Positions 12,761 through 25,085 of a DNA stretch of 64,000 bases are shown piece after piece (position 1 is the first letter of the stretch; every line of letters starts with the position of its first letter). The DNA is from Mobula hypostoma (lineage: Eukaryota). A model generated the notes under the pieces. It was not told the DNA's origin, made no database searches, and saw nothing but the letters and a program-made list of their open reading frames with translations. Position numbers and translations under genes: made by a program. The stretch covers positions 62,746,001 through 62,810,000 of the forward strand of contig NC_086108.1 in the NCBI RefSeq assembly GCF_963921235.1, in the 5' to 3' direction.

Positions 12761-13699
12761 ATAGGACAAATATCTTCTAGCTTCAAATTACATTAGACAG
12801 CATCAATCCAAATTCTAGACTCAACTAGATCCTAGCAGAAAACTATTTTGAATACGATAACACCACTCAGAGCCTGTAACATTAATAGTGAATGCAAGGA
12901 CATGTGGAACAATGTAAAAGGAATTGTAGTCTACAATTCTAATGTCATTCTGAGGAATATTGATGTTGTCACTGGATGTCTAAAATAAAAAAAAATTTTA
13001 ATTCTATCAATATTGACAATCTCCTCTAAAACATATTTAAACTATTTAAAAGTATTGTGGATGGTTGTCATCCATTATAAAGTTATTATTGGTCACAAAA
13101 ATGCAATAAAACAGGTATAGAGAATATATCCAAATAATTTCTGTTACCAAAACATTTCTCTTTTAATATTATTTATTTCTTCTGCAAAGTAATTTAGCAA
13201 GAGCAAAAATCGCATACAATGTTGGAAAACAAAGGAAGGACCTGATGGAAAAAATAGGACTATTTTGTGATTATTGTTAAATCGTACATATTAATATATT
13301 TATGGCTTCAAACTCTCTTCACACTCTCATTTCAAAAGAATTGTCCATGCTGTACGGTAAAAGCATGAGGTAGGATGGTGGATGCAGAATGCTCCAATTC
13401 CCAAAGGACCAGCTGAGAAAAATGAAATAAATGAACATTGCCAGAGCTGCATTACCAGCAGTTGCACACACATACACAGAGCAAGATGAGACGGGAAACT
13501 ACATAAAATCTATATAGTATAGTGAGACTATAATTATCCGCTTTTAGGAATTGCTATATGAATGTGTGAACTCTAATCCAGCCTGAGAGAACAGCATTTT
13601 GCTTTCCAATTGGGATTTCTGCTGAACTACACAGTCAAAGTTATAAAGGTTAATTGGAGGAATGGCATATACTTAGTTTTTGTACAAATGTACTCTAAT

Positions 13700-14000
13700 A
13701 GCCTCTGACAACTAGGTCCATCTCCTGGCCTTCATATGTGGCTTAGCCCAGTGGAAATGTTCCTACTGACAGGAGGAGGAGCAAAGGTGGGTTACTGGCG
13801 CCTTAAAACCAGTTGCTTTGGGCAGATGGGGCTCGTCAGTCGTGGTTGGCAGCTCATCTAAGAGAGGGAAATTTCTGATCTGCATCCTCTGCTGCCTTGC
13901 GGCTATGCCTAGTCATGGGGAAGGCTTCGGGAGTAATCCCCGAGGGAAATTTCTGGAGCTGGAGTCCCTAAGGCAGTCCTACATTGAGTCCTACGGATAG
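13700..14000 (+). mobile_element. RTE-type non-autonomous element remnant
   Basis: Homologous to 7975-8520 in the opposite orientation. Confidence 0.5.
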
Positions 14001-14249
14001 CTGGTGCAGCCCCTTTAGGGATTCAGGATGGTTCCACTAATTGGTAATCATGTTTTGGGTACCAAGAATCGAGTATTTAAGGAACATCTGAACTGCGGTT
14101 TGGTGCGCAATTGTCAGCCTACTAGTGATTTTGTCTGGCATTGGTTTTGTGCTCCGATTCAGTTTAATATCATGTCTCCAACCTTAACTTCAGAAACCCC
14201 AGCATTTGGGTCCAAACCATCCTCGACAAGGGCTCTTGTTTGAGGTAGC

Positions 14250-17200
14250 CAGGATCATAGCAACATGAGTAGCCATGCTGCACAAGAGGACAGGAAAAAG
14301 AATACAGAGCTATAGGTACGGGATGCCATGGTAAGTAGAACAGAGAGGAGTTTCTGTGGACTCCCAAATGGTGTGTTGCTTCCCAGGTGTAAGAGTCAAA
14401 GATACCTCAGAGCATCTGCACGGTATTCTGGAAGTTGAGGGCAAACAACCAGTTGCCATGATGCATGTAGGTAGCAGTGATACAGGAAAATATGCAGCAG
14501 GAGGTCCTAAAAGCTGAATTTAGGGAGCTGAGAGATAAATTAAAAAAGGACCTCAAAGCTAATAATTTCTGGATTGCTATCTGTGCCACGTGCTAGTAGG
14601 AATAGCAGCATAGTTAGGATGGATATAAGGCTTGAGCAGTGGTGCGGTGGGGGGGGGGTTCACATTCCTGGAGCACTGGAGCCAGTTCTGTGGCAGGTGG
14701 GACAAATACAAACCAAACGATTACACCTTGGCAGGTCTGGGATGGAATGTCCTATTGAGATTGTTTGCTTGTGCTGCTGGGGAGGGTTTAAACTAATATG
14801 GTAGCAATAGGACGCTGGGCAAAAAGGGCGGAAGGATGCAATCCAGAGACCAAAGGTAAGGTTAGGAAGGAGAAAAGTCAGAGTGGAGTACAAAACAGTC
14901 AAAAGCATACAACGGTTACTTGATTCTAAAAAGACAATGAGTGTAAGGGCACCTTATCTGAATCCAAAGAAATCAGTACAAAGGAGTATGATTCAGAAAT
15001 GTGGCTGAGGGTGGAAATGATTGGGAATTAAATATCCAACAGTATCAGAAGGATAGGTGGGAAGTTAAGGGAAGTGGTGCAGCAATCTTAAATAAAGATG
15101 AGATCAGTGTGATATTGACAGATAAAACAAGATGTAAGGAGGAGAATGTTTTGTCCATCTGGGTAGAGACTAGGAATAGCAAAGGAACAAAAATCTATGG
15201 TGGATATTGCCTATAGACCACTGAATAATAATATAATAATAATAATAATATTGCAGTAGCACAGTCAATAAACCAAAAATATCTGACACATTGTTAGAAT
15301 GGAATGGCAGTTGTCATGAGAGACATTAACTTGCACATAGATCGGTTAAGATATTAGAGGCAGCATGTTAGTGAATAAACAAGAGAAATTGCTTTTATAG
15401 ATCTGATCCTGTGTAATTATCAATCCTGTAATGAAGATTCCTCTTGAAAAGAATGATTACAGTATGACTGAATTTATCATACAAATGAAGGGTGTAAAAG
15501 TTCAATCTAAACCAGTGATTTATGCCAAACTAGAATGAGATGATGGAGGAACTGGCTTGTGTAACTGGAGCTACAGGTTATATGGTGGGACAGTTGAGCA
15601 AGAGTGGAAAACTTTCAAAAACTTTTTTCACGGTGTTCAACAAAAATATAATCCAGTTAAATGCAAGGACAGTAAAGGTGGAGAGAGCCAGTCTTTCATA
15701 ACTAGAATCAGAATCAGGTTTAATATCACAGGTATATGTCATGAAATATACTGTTTTACCTCAGCAGTACTTTGTAATACATATTGAAAAAGAACTACAA
15801 ATTACAATGAGAAATATCAATATAATAATATATTAAGTACTGCAAAAGGAGAGTAAAAATAGTGAGATAGCGTATAAGGGTTCATTATCCATTCAGAAAT
15901 CTAGGTGGTGGGGAAGAAATTGTTCCTAAAACGTTGAGTGTGTGTCTTCAGCCTCCTACACCTCCTCTGATGATAGCAATGAGAAGAGGGCATGTCCTGA
16001 GTGATGGGTGTCCTCAATGATGGATGCCATCTTTTTGAGGCATCGCTCTTTGAAAATCTCCTGGATGCTGGGGAGGCTAGTGCCCATGGTGGAGCTGGTA
16101 TAGTTTGCAATTCTCTGCGGCTTTTTCTGACCATGTGCAGTGCCCCCATGGTACTGCAACCAGTTAAAATGTTATCCATGGTACATCTGTATAAACTTGT
16201 GAGTCTTTGGTGACATGTCAAGTCTCTTCAAGCTCCTAATGAAATATAGTTGCTGTTGTGCCTTCTTGTTAATTGCATCAATATTTTCGGCCCAGGAGAG
16301 ATCGTCAGAGAAGTTGACACTCAAGCACTTGAAACTGCTCACTCTTTTGATTGCTGATCCCTAGATGAGGACTGGTGTGTGTTCCCCCAACTTCCTCTTC
16401 CTGAAGTCCACAATCAATTCCTTGGTCTTACTGAGTACATGGTTGTTGTGGGTAAAGTGACTGTAGCTCCCTTGGAAATGAGGAGGGGGATTAATATTGG
16501 GTAATATGGAAATCGTCAAGCCTTGATCAACTACTTTCTGTTAGTTTTCACTGTGGAAAATACATTTAACATCTAACATGGCAAAAAGAGATGTTATGGA
16601 TGGGATGGGCAGCGAAGACCTCGATACAATCATTGTCACTTAACAGGTAGTGATGAGGAAAGTCTAGGGGCTGAGTGTAAACAATTCCACTGGTCCCAAG
16701 GTACTGAAAAAATGGCGGAATTTACAGTAGATGCCTTTGTGATCATTTACCAATGTCATGACATTGTTTAAAAAAGGGTGTAGGCAAGTGTCTGGTAACC
16801 ATGAGCAGGTTAGCTTAACATCTGTAGTTGGGAAAATGCTTGAAGCTATCATTAAGGAAAATATAATGAGATATCTGGATGGCAGTGGCAGACACAGCAT
16901 GGATTCATGAAGAGCAGGTCCTGTTTGGCAAACTTATTGGAGTTCTTTGTGGACATAATGAGCACAGTGGATAGAGGGGAATAAATGGATGTTGTATACT
17001 TGATTTCCAGAAGTTGTTTGATAAGGTGCTGCTCATAAGGTTTATCTATAAAAATAAGAATGCATGGAGTAATATTTTGAGGATTGGTTAAGGAACAGAA
17101 GGCAGAGGTTTCTGATATGGGTGTTTCTCTGGTTGGCACCAGTGGTGAGTGGATTGCTGCAGGGGTTGGCTGGCAACTGCTCCTGATATCTATTAATGAT

Positions 17201-18987
17201 TTGGAAAAGTAGATCAAATGTAGTGTATCCAAGTTTTGAGTGGCAAAGAGTGGGAATAAAGTGGTTCTTTTCTGGTTGGCTACTGATGAATAGTGGTCAG
17301 AGGTTGGTGTTGAGACTGCTTCTTTTCACATTATATGTTAATGACTTGTTTGACGGAATTGATGGCTTTGTGGCCAAGTTGGCAGACAATACGAAAATAG
17401 GTAGAAAGACAGGTAGTCTTCAGAAAGCAGGGAGTCTGCAGTGATCTTTGGTAGATGAAATAAAGGCATAGACTATTTTCTGAACAAGAGAACATTTAGA
17501 AGTCAGTCAAAGGTGCAAAAGAATTAGTGAGTCCTTGTGCTGGATTCCCTACAGGTTGACTTGCAGATTAAGTCGGTTGTAAGAAATGCAAATACAATTT
17601 TAGCATTCATTTCAAAAGGTCTAGAATATAAAAGCAAGGATGTAATGCTGAGGCTTTACAGAGCATTGGTCATACCACACTTGGAGTATTTTGAGTAGTT
17701 CTGGACCCCTTACGTAAGAAAAAATGTGCTAGAAATGGAGAGTTCATGAGAATTATTCTGGGAATGAAAGAGTTAATATATGAGTGGGCCTATACTTGCT
17801 GGAGTTTAGAAAGTTGGTGGGGGAGAGTGGAATCTCATTGAAATCTATTGAATATTGAAAGGCCTAGTTAGAGTGGATGTGGAGAGGATGTTTCCTATAG
17901 TTTGGAGGGTGGGGAAGGAGTCTGGGTCCAGACGGCACAGCCTCAGAATAAACATGTCCGTTTACAACAGAGATGAGAGAAAATTTCTTCAGTCAGAGGA
18001 CATATTTAAAATTGAGGTTGATAGATACTTGATTAGTAAGAGCATTAAAGGTTATGGAAAGAAGGCAGGAGAATGGGGTTGAGAGGGGTAATATATCAGC
18101 CAGAATTGAATGGCAAAGGAGACTCAATGAGCCAAATAGCCCAATTCTGCAACTATGTTATGGTTTTATGACCCACCGAGAGATATAGATAGGTTAAGTG
18201 AGAGGGAGAGGTTCTGGCAAATGGAGTTCAACGTTGGTAAATGCAAGGTCAATCATTTTGGAGGGAAAAATAGAAGATCGGATTACTATTTAAATGGTGA
18301 ATGATTTGCAGAGGTACTTGGGAGTGCTTGTGCTTGAATCACAAATGATTAAAGCCACATGCAATATTGGCCTTCATTGCTAGAGGAATTGAATTTAAGA
18401 GCAGGAAAGTATAGTGCAAACGTATGTGGTACAGGTGAGGCCATACCTGGAGTATTGTGTGGAGTCCTGGTCTCCTCACTTGAGGAAAGATAGACTGGCT
18501 TTGGAGGTGATGCAAAAATGCAGAGGGTGTTAACAAGGTTGATTCTGGAGATGAGAGATGACCTATGAAGAGAGGTTGTGTTGCCTGGGACTATTCTCAC
18601 TGGAATTCAGAAAAATGACAGGGGCCTTTATAGAAACATTTAAAATTAAGAAAGGAATAGATAATATAGAGGCAGGAATGTTCTTTCCACTGGTGAGACT
18701 AGAATTAGGAGACATGGCCTCAAGTTAGATTTAGGACAGAGATGAGGAGAAACTCCTTTTCCCAGAGAGTAGTGAATCTGTGGAATTCTGTGCCCAGGAA
18801 AGCAGTAGAGGCTACCTCATCAAATATACTTAAGGCTCAGTTAGATAGATTTTTGCAGGGCAGATGAATTAAAGGTTATGGGGAAAAGACAGGTAGGTGG
18901 AGTTGAGTCCATGGCCAGATCAGCCATGATCTTATTGAATGGCAGAGCTGTCTCAACAGGTCAGCTCGTCTACTCCTGCTCCTACTT
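14250..18987 (+). mobile_element. Cluster of nested, decayed CR1 LINEs (esterase ORF1 remnant plus several ORF2 segments)
   Basis: ORF1-like VCCFPG..EFREL..ISGLLSVPRAS; ORF2 RT motifs (SCLANLLEFF, KLADNTKIG, PHLEY); two CR1 3' UTRs at ~18160 and ~18985. Confidence 0.8.
15704..16450 (-). mobile_element. Rex1/Babar-type LINE 3' portion inserted into CR1
   Basis: Antisense tail agaatcagaatcaggtttaatatcac; YRCTMDNILTGC..HHSGHALFSLLSS..THTQRFRNNFFP. Confidence 0.8.
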
Positions 18988-19401
18988 TTTTTTTGTAATT
19001 TATTTTTATTGAATTTCATCATCAAACAAACATTTCCATAAGATGTATTTCAGAGACTGTAAAAATATATCACATAATCATATTTGTCACAAATCTCCAC
19101 ATAATATTTGGGGAATACACTTATAGAAAGGAGAGGAAAGAAAGAACAATCAAAAGAAGAAAACTATGTATAAAGTAGGGAGTGATCTTTTTTTTTATAA
19201 CATGACTTGCGAGAATAAAATCAGGCCTATGAGATGTTATGTAGTTGAACCATTTTTCCCCAGTATGAATCAAATTGTTCCAACTTATGATTAACAGATG
19301 CTGTTATCTTCTCTATTTTGTAAATGTCCATTGTAATTTCCATCCATGCATTTAAAGTTGGGTTCTCCCGTGACAACCATTTCCTGGTAAGGGTCTTTTT
19401 A
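18988..19401 (-). mobile_element. 5'-truncated L1 LINE with TSD
   Basis: Poly(T)/tttatt at left; minus-strand KKTLTRKWLS..WMEITMDIYKIEKIT; TSD ctgctcctactt at 18976-18987 and 19402-19413. Confidence 0.8.
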
Positions 19402-20719
19402 CTGCTCCTACTTCTTATGTTCTTACAGTATTGCTTTGAACTTCACCCACATCTGAAAAAATTTTAAATATTCAAAAGGAAAATAATACAAATTTTTGAA
19501 ATCATAAATAAGAATAGAAATTGTGTATTTCCTGTATTTGTTTCTACATTAAAAGCTACTGTAGATTCTGTTGCTATGGATATCTGTTTTATGTTAAGAA
19601 TTTCTAGCTTTTTTAATAAACCTCTGCCACTGCAAATGCCTCCTCTTGAGTTATATCATTTTTCCCACTTGTTATTGGTGCATCTAGACTTTGAATGTTA
19701 CTCCTTCTTAATTTTATCAGTCCCACCCACACACAAATTTTATAGCAATTTTGCCTAATACATCTATATTTTATTAAATTATATTAAGAATGTTTGCTGA
19801 ATTTCAAACTCCTGTTCTTGCCCTATCCCAAATTTTCAAAGTAAGGCTTTCTGCTTTGATTTGAAGCAATTCAGTTCATGTGGAAGTGCATGCTGTTTTC
19901 AAGTTATTAACTGAAGACAGTGTGCCAGGATTGAGATGGGGATGAGGTGATATGCATAACACATAAAACAGTCAATTTCCTCAGGAAGCAATGCCTTTTT
20001 AAAGAGTGAATGTAACAGAAACCACAGATTCAGATTTTGATTTTTTACTTATCACAGATACATCAAAATTTACAGTGAAATGTGTATTTGCATTAACAAC
20101 CAACACAATCTAAGGATGTGCTGGGGACAGCCCACGATTGTCACTACACATTCCAGTGCCAAAATATCATGCCCACAATGTTCAGCAGAATAACACAAGC
20201 AACAGCAACATAATGGCAATGCTGCTGAGTTTGTTCATGTCTTTTTTCTCTTTCTTTAAAATTTATGTGATGTAATGCCCTGACCAAAAATGCAAAGTTT
20301 TTTTTTGCATTACTTCTTCCTTCTGTATATAGTTACTTTTTATCATGAATTTAGTCAGTTTTTGAAATAAAATAAAACTGTACTCCTGATTGCATTGGAG
20401 GGAATGTAGCATATTTTGGCATGGAGCGAGGCCCTAGCCAGATCCTGCAGCTAGATAGAAATTGTGGCTCAGCAAAAGAGCCCACACAGTGGTGCAGCCA
20501 ACAAAGCCACTGCCTCACAGCCAGAGACACTGATTAAATCGAAGCCTTCAGTGCTGCCTCTGTGGTGTTTGCAAGTGTGTGTTTCCCCAGTAAAAGCAAC
20601 AATAAAAACCATCACTTCCCTCAGAAAATGCAGCAACTGTTAAATAGTTACATGGTAAATTCTGGGCACAAAGTCGATCTCAGCTATTTACCTACCACTT
20701 TGGCCACCAAGCCTACTTA

Positions 20720-20811
20720 GAGTCATAGAAAACAACAGCACAGAAATAGGCCCTTCAGCCATTCAGCCCATGCTGCCCCATTTAAACTGATTAGTCCCAT
20801 CGATCTGCACC
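20720..20811 (-). mobile_element. CR1 3' UTR split by the Gypsy insertion
   Basis: Sequence continues at 25321 after the second TSD copy. Confidence 0.8.
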
Positions 20812-21040
20812 TGAAGCACCTTCAATTACTCCAAAAGACTGAGGTTTGGTAAAATACTGAAAGACTTTTATTCGCTGTACAATATGACCTCCACAGTGAA
20901 TGTCTGCCCCCGGACTGAGGGGGAGGGGCAAGGCGAACACCTTTATACAGGACTCTGTGGGAGGAGCCACAGGGGCAGTCAGCAGAGGAGTGTGTCCAGA
21001 CAGGTAACCGAGTTACAACATATATACATGGTTTACCACA
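20812..21040 (-). repeat. 3' LTR of Gypsy element
   Basis: Direct repeat of 25086-25315; PPT aaaaaaggaggggtgaa (minus strand, ~21041-21057) abuts it. Confidence 0.97.
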
Positions 21041-21109
21041 TTCACCCCTCCTTTTTTAAAAAAGAGTCCCGCGGGGTGAAGTGACTGACAATATTTACAA
21101 GAAGTATAT

Positions 21110-23434
21110 TTACAGGTTAAGTCTATCAGGCGGTCGAGTCCGTCGCTGTGATCTACGTAGCACCGGCGGTGATTGCACCGGCGATGGCGGATGTGCTGCC
21201 TCCGGCCTGACTTCAGGTGCCAGCACGTTAGGCGTCGGTAATCCCTCGTGCGTGTGCGTCGCGCCCGGTATGGGAGTGTCGTGTGGTGTCTGTATAGGGT
21301 TTGGGGTGCACGGTGTCTCGTAGGTACATACATTGGTGGGTACGGGGTCAATAGTCACCACGGAGTGTTCAGGGTAGGGGCCCGGAGCTCCTGCGGGCGC
21401 CAGGTCGCGGATGGAGACCGTGTCCTCCCGCCCATCAGGTAAAACCATGTAGGCATACTGGGGGTTCGCATGAAGTAAGTGAACCCTCTCGACTATCGGG
21501 GAGTATTTATTGCTCCTCACATGTTTCCGGAGCAGCACTGGCCCCGGGGACGTCAGCCAAGATGGTAGGGTGGTTCCAGTGGTCGACTTTCTGGGAAAAG
21601 AAAAGAGCTGCCCATGAGGGGTGGCATTGGTGGCCGTGCATACCAAGGAGTGGATGGAGTGGAGTGCCTCAGGAAGGACCTCCTGCCAGCGGGAGACCGG
21701 CAGTCCCTTTGACCTGAGGGCTAAGAGTGTGGCTTTCCACACTGTGCCATTCTCCTTCTCTACCTGTCCATTCCCCCGGGGATTATAACTCGTGGTCCTA
21801 CTGGTTGCAATTCCCCTAGCCAGTAGATATTGGCGCAGCTCGTCACTCATAAACGAGGACCCTCTGTCACTGTGGATATAGCATGGGTATCCGAACAGAG
21901 TGAAGAGCTTGCGCAGGGCTTTTATAACAGACATGTTAGTGGTGTCGGGGCAGGGGATGGCGAAGGGGAACCGCGAGTACTCGTCAATTACGTTAAGAAA
22001 GTACACATTGCGGTCGGTGGAGGGAAGGGGGCCCATAAAGTCAACACTCAGTCGCTCAAAGGGGCGGGTGGCTTTGATGAGTGGTGCCTTTTCGGGTCGG
22101 TAGAAGTGCGGTTTGCACTCTGCGCAGACTTGGCAGTCCCTGGTCATCGTCCTGATCTCCTCAAGGGAGTAAGGCAGGTTCCGGGCTTTCACGAAGTGGA
22201 AAAGCCAGGTGACTCCTGGGTGGCAAAGGTCTACATGTAGGGCGTATAGCCGGTCGATCTGTGCGCTGGCGCATGTTCCCCGGGATAGGGCATCGGAGGG
22301 CTCGTTGAGCTTCCCAGGCCTGTACATGATGTCATAGTTGTAGGTGGAGAGTTCGATTCTCCACCTCAGAATTTTATCATTTTTGATTTTGCTCCGCTGC
22401 TGATTATTAAACATGAATGCGACTGAGCGCTGGTCGGTTAGCAGGGTGAACCTTTTGCCGGCAAGATAGTGCCTCCAGTGCCTTATAGCTTCCACTATGG
22501 CCTGGACCTCTTTCTCTACCGCAGAGTGACGAATTTCAGGGCCTTGAAGGGTACGGGAGAAGAACGCCACTGGTCTTCCTGCCTGGTTGAGGGTAGCAGC
22601 CAGCGCAAAGTCGGAGGCGTCACTCTCTACCTGGAAGGGAATGGCCTTATCCACCGCATGCATTGCTGCTTTGGCAATGTCCCCTTTTATGCGTTGAAGG
22701 CCGCGTGGGCCTCGGCAGAGAGGACTTGACCGGGGGCGGGCCTTGTCTGCATAGTTAGAGACCCATTGGGCGTAATATGAAAAGAAGCCCAGGCACCTTT
22801 TGAGGGCACTGAGGGTATTGGGAAGAGGGAGTTCCAACAAGGGGCGCATACGGTCGGGGTCAGGGCCCATGACTCCATTCTCCACGACACACCCAAGGAT
22901 AGCAAGTCGGGTGGTCCCAAATACACACTTGTCCTTGTTATAGGTGAGGTTGAAAGATTTGGCGGCTTGGAGAAATTTTTGGAGGTTGTTGTCATGATCC
23001 TGCTGGTCGTGACCGCAGATGGTGATGTTATCCAGATATGGGAACGTGGCCTTCAGTTGGCACTGGTCCACCATCCGGTCCATTGCCCTCTGGAAGACAG
23101 ATACACCATTCGTGACACCAAAGGGGACGCGCAGGAATTGATAAAGCCTGCCGTCCGCCTCGAAGGCAGTGTAAGGGCGGTCCTCCCGGCGGATGGGGAG
23201 CTGATGGTAAGCGGATTTTAGGTCTATGGTCGAGTACACCTTGTACTGTGCTATCTGATTGACCATATCCACGATGCGGGGTAGAGGGTACGCGTCGAGC
23301 TGCGTGAACCTATTGATGGTCTGGCTATAGTCCACGACCATCCTATTTTTCTCCCCGTTCCGAACAACGACCACCTGCGCCCTCCAAGGACTTGTGCTTG
23401 TCTCAATGACCCCCTCCCTGAGCAGTCGCTGCAC
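21110..23434 (-). CDS. pol: Gypsy pol: reverse transcriptase, RNase H, integrase
   Basis: RT: SPW, DAYPLPRI, IDLKSAYHQ, VPFGV, YLDN; RH: VESDAS, EKE, TDQ, DALSR; IN: H..H..CQVC, VDFMGP, HSDRG, GNGQVEK. Locally frame-scrambled near 22690-22735; true N-terminus lies upstream across frameshifts. Confidence 0.95.
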   Translation of the reverse strand: MQRLLREGVIETSTSPWRAQVVVVRNGEKNRMVVDYSQTINRFTQLDAYPLPRIVDMVNQIAQYKVYSTIDLKSAYHQLPIRREDRPYTAFEADGRLYQFLRVPFGVTNGVSVFQRAMDRMVDQCQLKATFPYLDNITICGHDQQDHDNNLQKFLQAAKSFNLTYNKDKCVFGTTRLAILGCVVENGVMGPDPDRMRPLLELPLPNTLSALKRCLGFFSYYAQWVSNYADKARPRSSPLCRGPRGLQRIKGDIAKAAMHAVDKAIPFQVESDASDFALAATLNQAGRPVAFFSRTLQGPEIRHSAVEKEVQAIVEAIRHWRHYLAGKRFTLLTDQRSVAFMFNNQQRSKIKNDKILRWRIELSTYNYDIMYRPGKLNEPSDALSRGTCASAQIDRLYALHVDLCHPGVTWLFHFVKARNLPYSLEEIRTMTRDCQVCAECKPHFYRPEKAPLIKATRPFERLSVDFMGPLPSTDRNVYFLNVIDEYSRFPFAIPCPDTTNMSVIKALRKLFTLFGYPCYIHSDRGSSFMSDELRQYLLARGIATSRTTSYNPRGNGQVEKENGTVWKATLLALRSKGLPVSRWQEVLPEALHSIHSLVCTATNATPHGQLFSFPRKSTTGTTLPSWLTSPGPVLLRKHVRSNKYSPIVERVHLLHANPQYAYMVLPDGREDTVSIRDLAPAGAPGPYPEHSVVTIDPVPTNVCTYETPCTPNPIQTPHDTPIPGATHTHEGLPTPNVLAPEVRPEAAHPPSPVQSPPVLRRSQRRTRPPDRLNL

Positions 23435-23509
23435 CTCCGACTTAATGAAGGCTCTGTCCCCCTGCGCTGTACCTCCTGCTTTTAGTTGCCACAGGTTTAC
23501 AGTCGGGGG

Positions 23510-25059
23510 TCAGGTTGGCGAACAGCGGTGGGGGAGGGATCCTGAGGGTGGAGAGGCCGCAAGTGGTGTCGGTAGTGTGGCAGTTGGCATGATGTTGGGT
23601 GGGATACGCGGGTCGGTGTGTGTGTGTGTGGTCAGTAGCGGGGTACGTGACATATCTCTACAAAACAGGGGATTTATGACAGTAATTGGCGGGAGGGGCC
23701 CATCATACTTCATTGTCACGCTTTTCAGGTGGCTCTGGAAGTCCAACCCCAACAGCACAGGGGCACACAGTTGAGGCAAGACCAGTAACGTAAAGTCCCG
23801 ATATTCTGTGCCCTGCACCACTGGTGTCGCTACACAACCCCCCCGGATGTCTGTTGTATGCGACCTGGAGGCCATGGTGACCCTCCGACTTACCGGCCGT
23901 ATCATGAGTCCAGAATGCTGCACCGTGGCCGGGTGGATAAAACTCTCTGTGCTGCCTGTGTCAAACAGGCAGCTTGTCCTGTGCCCCTCCACCAGGATGT
24001 CCATCATTGACCTTGCGAGCTGGTGGGGAGAGCTTTGGTCGAGGGTCACGGAAGCCAGGGTGGGGTCGCTGTCTTGGTCCAGCGTGGTGGGGTGCCCCGT
24101 GAGCACTCGTTGGTTGTAGGCGGTGGGAGGTGGCACCGACCAAGATGGTCGCCCCCATGTCTCGCACGTGGTGGTGGCGTGCAGGGAAGATGGTGGCAGG
24201 GAAGATGGCAGCCTCCATGTCTCGCACGTGGTGGCAGTGTGCAGGTAAGATGGCGACCCCCATGTCTTGCACGCGGCGCTGCTCGATCCCGCTCGCGGTT
24301 TTGATTTACAGACCTTGGCGAAGTGGTCCTTCTTTCCGCAGCTGGAACAGGTAGCTTGTTGGGCCGGGCAGCGTTTCCGGGGGTGCTTCTCCAGTCCGCA
24401 GAAGCAGCACTTCGCGGACTCGCGACTGGCGGCAGCCGAGGTCGATTCGCCGGCAGGTTGCGGGGTCTGCGGCACCCATGAGGCCATCGGGGGATCGCGT
24501 GCCTGGAGAGCCTCGGAGTTATGCAGAGCGGCCTCCAACGTATCAGCCAGCTCCATCGCCGAATTTAGGGTAAGATCGGCTTTTTCCAGCAGCCGCTGGC
24601 GCACGTACACTGACCTGGTCCCCATGACGAAGGCGTCTCTCACTAGGAGTTCTGCATGCTGCGCCACCGTCAGCTCCTGGCAATTGCAGGCTCGCATGAG
24701 TGTCTGTAGGGCCTGCACAAACTCAGCACTCGATTCCCCGGGGCGTTGTTGCCGTGTCGCTAAGCGGTCCCGAGCATAGACACTGTTTATCGGTGCCAAG
24801 CATAGACACTGTTTATCGGCCGCAGGTATTGTCTTTTGAGTGCGTTCATTGCGCCGTTGTAGCTCGGCTGGTCTCTGATCAGCGAATAGACCCATGGACT
24901 GACCCTGGAGAGTAGAACTCTGCGCTTCGCTACGGGGTCGGTCGCTTTAATCTCCTCTAGATACGCTTTGAAGCAGGCCAGCCAGAGTTCGAAAGCGTTT
25001 CCAGCTTCAGGTGTTTGCAGATCGAGGTCTAATTTTTCTGGTCTCAGGGCCTGTTCCAT
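23510..25059 (-). pseudogene. gag: Gypsy gag-protease, interrupted by a 26-nt duplication
   Basis: ORFs 24787-25059 and 23510-24895 join into one frame if 26 nt at ~24773-24819 are removed; zinc knuckles CFCGLEKHPRKRC and CSSCGKKDHFAKVC; protease LFDTGS. Confidence 0.9.
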
Positions 25060-25085
25060 GTTTTAAAACGTACAGCGAATAAAAT

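Noticed and set aside
24140..24275. CRISPR-like repeat-spacer array
   Set aside because: Imperfect in-frame coding repeats within gag in a eukaryotic context; no cas genes.
21013..24915. Plus-strand and alternative-frame ORFs within the Gypsy element
   Set aside because: Shadow ORFs of a GC-rich pol/gag with no independent motifs.
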